This document shows, piece by piece, positions 63,399-64,000 of a stretch of 64,000 nt of DNA. The translations under genes were made by a program, and so were the position numbers. Location: positions 32,001-96,000 of the forward strand of contig JBOEGD010000011.1 in assembly GCA_050633245.1 (NCBI GenBank). The letters run 5' to 3'. Position 1 is the first letter of the stretch; each line of letters begins with the position of its first letter. Origin of the DNA: Calditrichia bacterium (lineage in GTDB: Bacteria > Calditrichota > Calditrichia > RBG-13-44-9 > J075). The notes beneath the pieces were generated by a model. It was not told where the DNA came from, ran no database searches, and saw only the letters and a list, made by a program, of their open reading frames with translations.

Positions 63399-64000
63399 TT
63401 ATTTCCTGATATAGGGGAAATTTCCACTCTTTGGGATCTCTAAGTGTCCTTTTGAAGCTAAAATATTTGTCGCATCAGTATATATCAGGTGATACCACCA
63501 AATAAAGAATTCTTCGAACGTAATTTCATCAGCGTATCCGGTTTCATAATAAACCTTATTCATGTATTCACGATTGTCATTAAGGATTGAAAGTAATTTT
63601 GGAAGGTACGCATCGGCCATCTTCCGAAAGGCGATATTGTCTTTGGCACTTACTACAGGTGCATTATGGAGTATTGAATCCTTAAAGGCTGAATCAGACC
63701 TTAATCTCTTTGCGAATGTTATGCGGTTATTTCCATATACGCTGTAAGATATTGTATCATTTATTTTTCCAAACTTATTTCCATATATACCAAATTTTTC
63801 CTTTGGGTAATTTGGATTTTGGATGATGCTATAATAATAATGTTTACCATGCCTTTCAGGTCTATTGTCTTTTTGTAAAAAATCTCTTTCTACATTATTT
63901 ATTTGCCAATTGTCCAATAAAACATTGCTCAATATCAGAAATGACATCGTTGAGAAAGGTTGAATTTTTGACAACTCAGTTGTCACATATAACTTTATTG
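63399..64000 (-). CDS. Hypothetical protein (5' end outside the window)
   Basis: The frame stays open to the window edge; AT-rich; no family recognised. Confidence 0.6.
   Translation of the reverse strand, partial: IKLYVTTELSKIQPFSTMSFLILSNVLLDNWQINNVERDFLQKDNRPERHGKHYYYSIIQNPNYPKEKFGIYGNKFGKINDTISYSVYGNNRITFAKRLRSDSAFKDSILHNAPVVSAKDNIAFRKMADAYLPKLLSILNDNREYMNKVYYETGYADEITFEEFFIWWYHLIYTDATNILASKGHLEIPKSGNFPYIRK

Overview
Gene-dense bacterial chromosomal segment of moderate GC, with about 39 CDS. I found no rRNA, tRNA, CRISPR array, integrase or transposase. It is rich in secreted and envelope proteins: a VPS10-type glycosidase, S41 and Zn peptidases, TPR proteins, GH9, GH13, GH30, FG-GAP and fasciclin proteins. 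Housekeeping and stress genes include pckA, katG and cutC. 'QNYPNPFNP' and FlgD-Ig type C-terminal sorting domains together with clear Shine-Dalgarno sites suggest a non-Bacteroidota FCB-type lineage such as Calditrichota, KSB1 or Ignavibacteria (inference). The notable items are: (1) a duplicated, translationally coupled cassette of an exported YadA-head/peptidase-S74 fibre with no anchor plus a tiny protein that is little more than a signal peptide and a T9SS-like sorting domain, with the two copies bracketing a two-component system; (2) a desaturase, geranylgeranyl-reductase-like flavoprotein and ferredoxin operon next to an IPC-synthase/PAP2-like gene; (3) two paralogous small membrane genes missed by the ORF track, each broken by one missing base; (4) REP-like palindromes, heptamer repeats, and candidate NarL-, AraC- and OxyR-type operators. 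All family calls come from motif recognition by eye; no database search was run.
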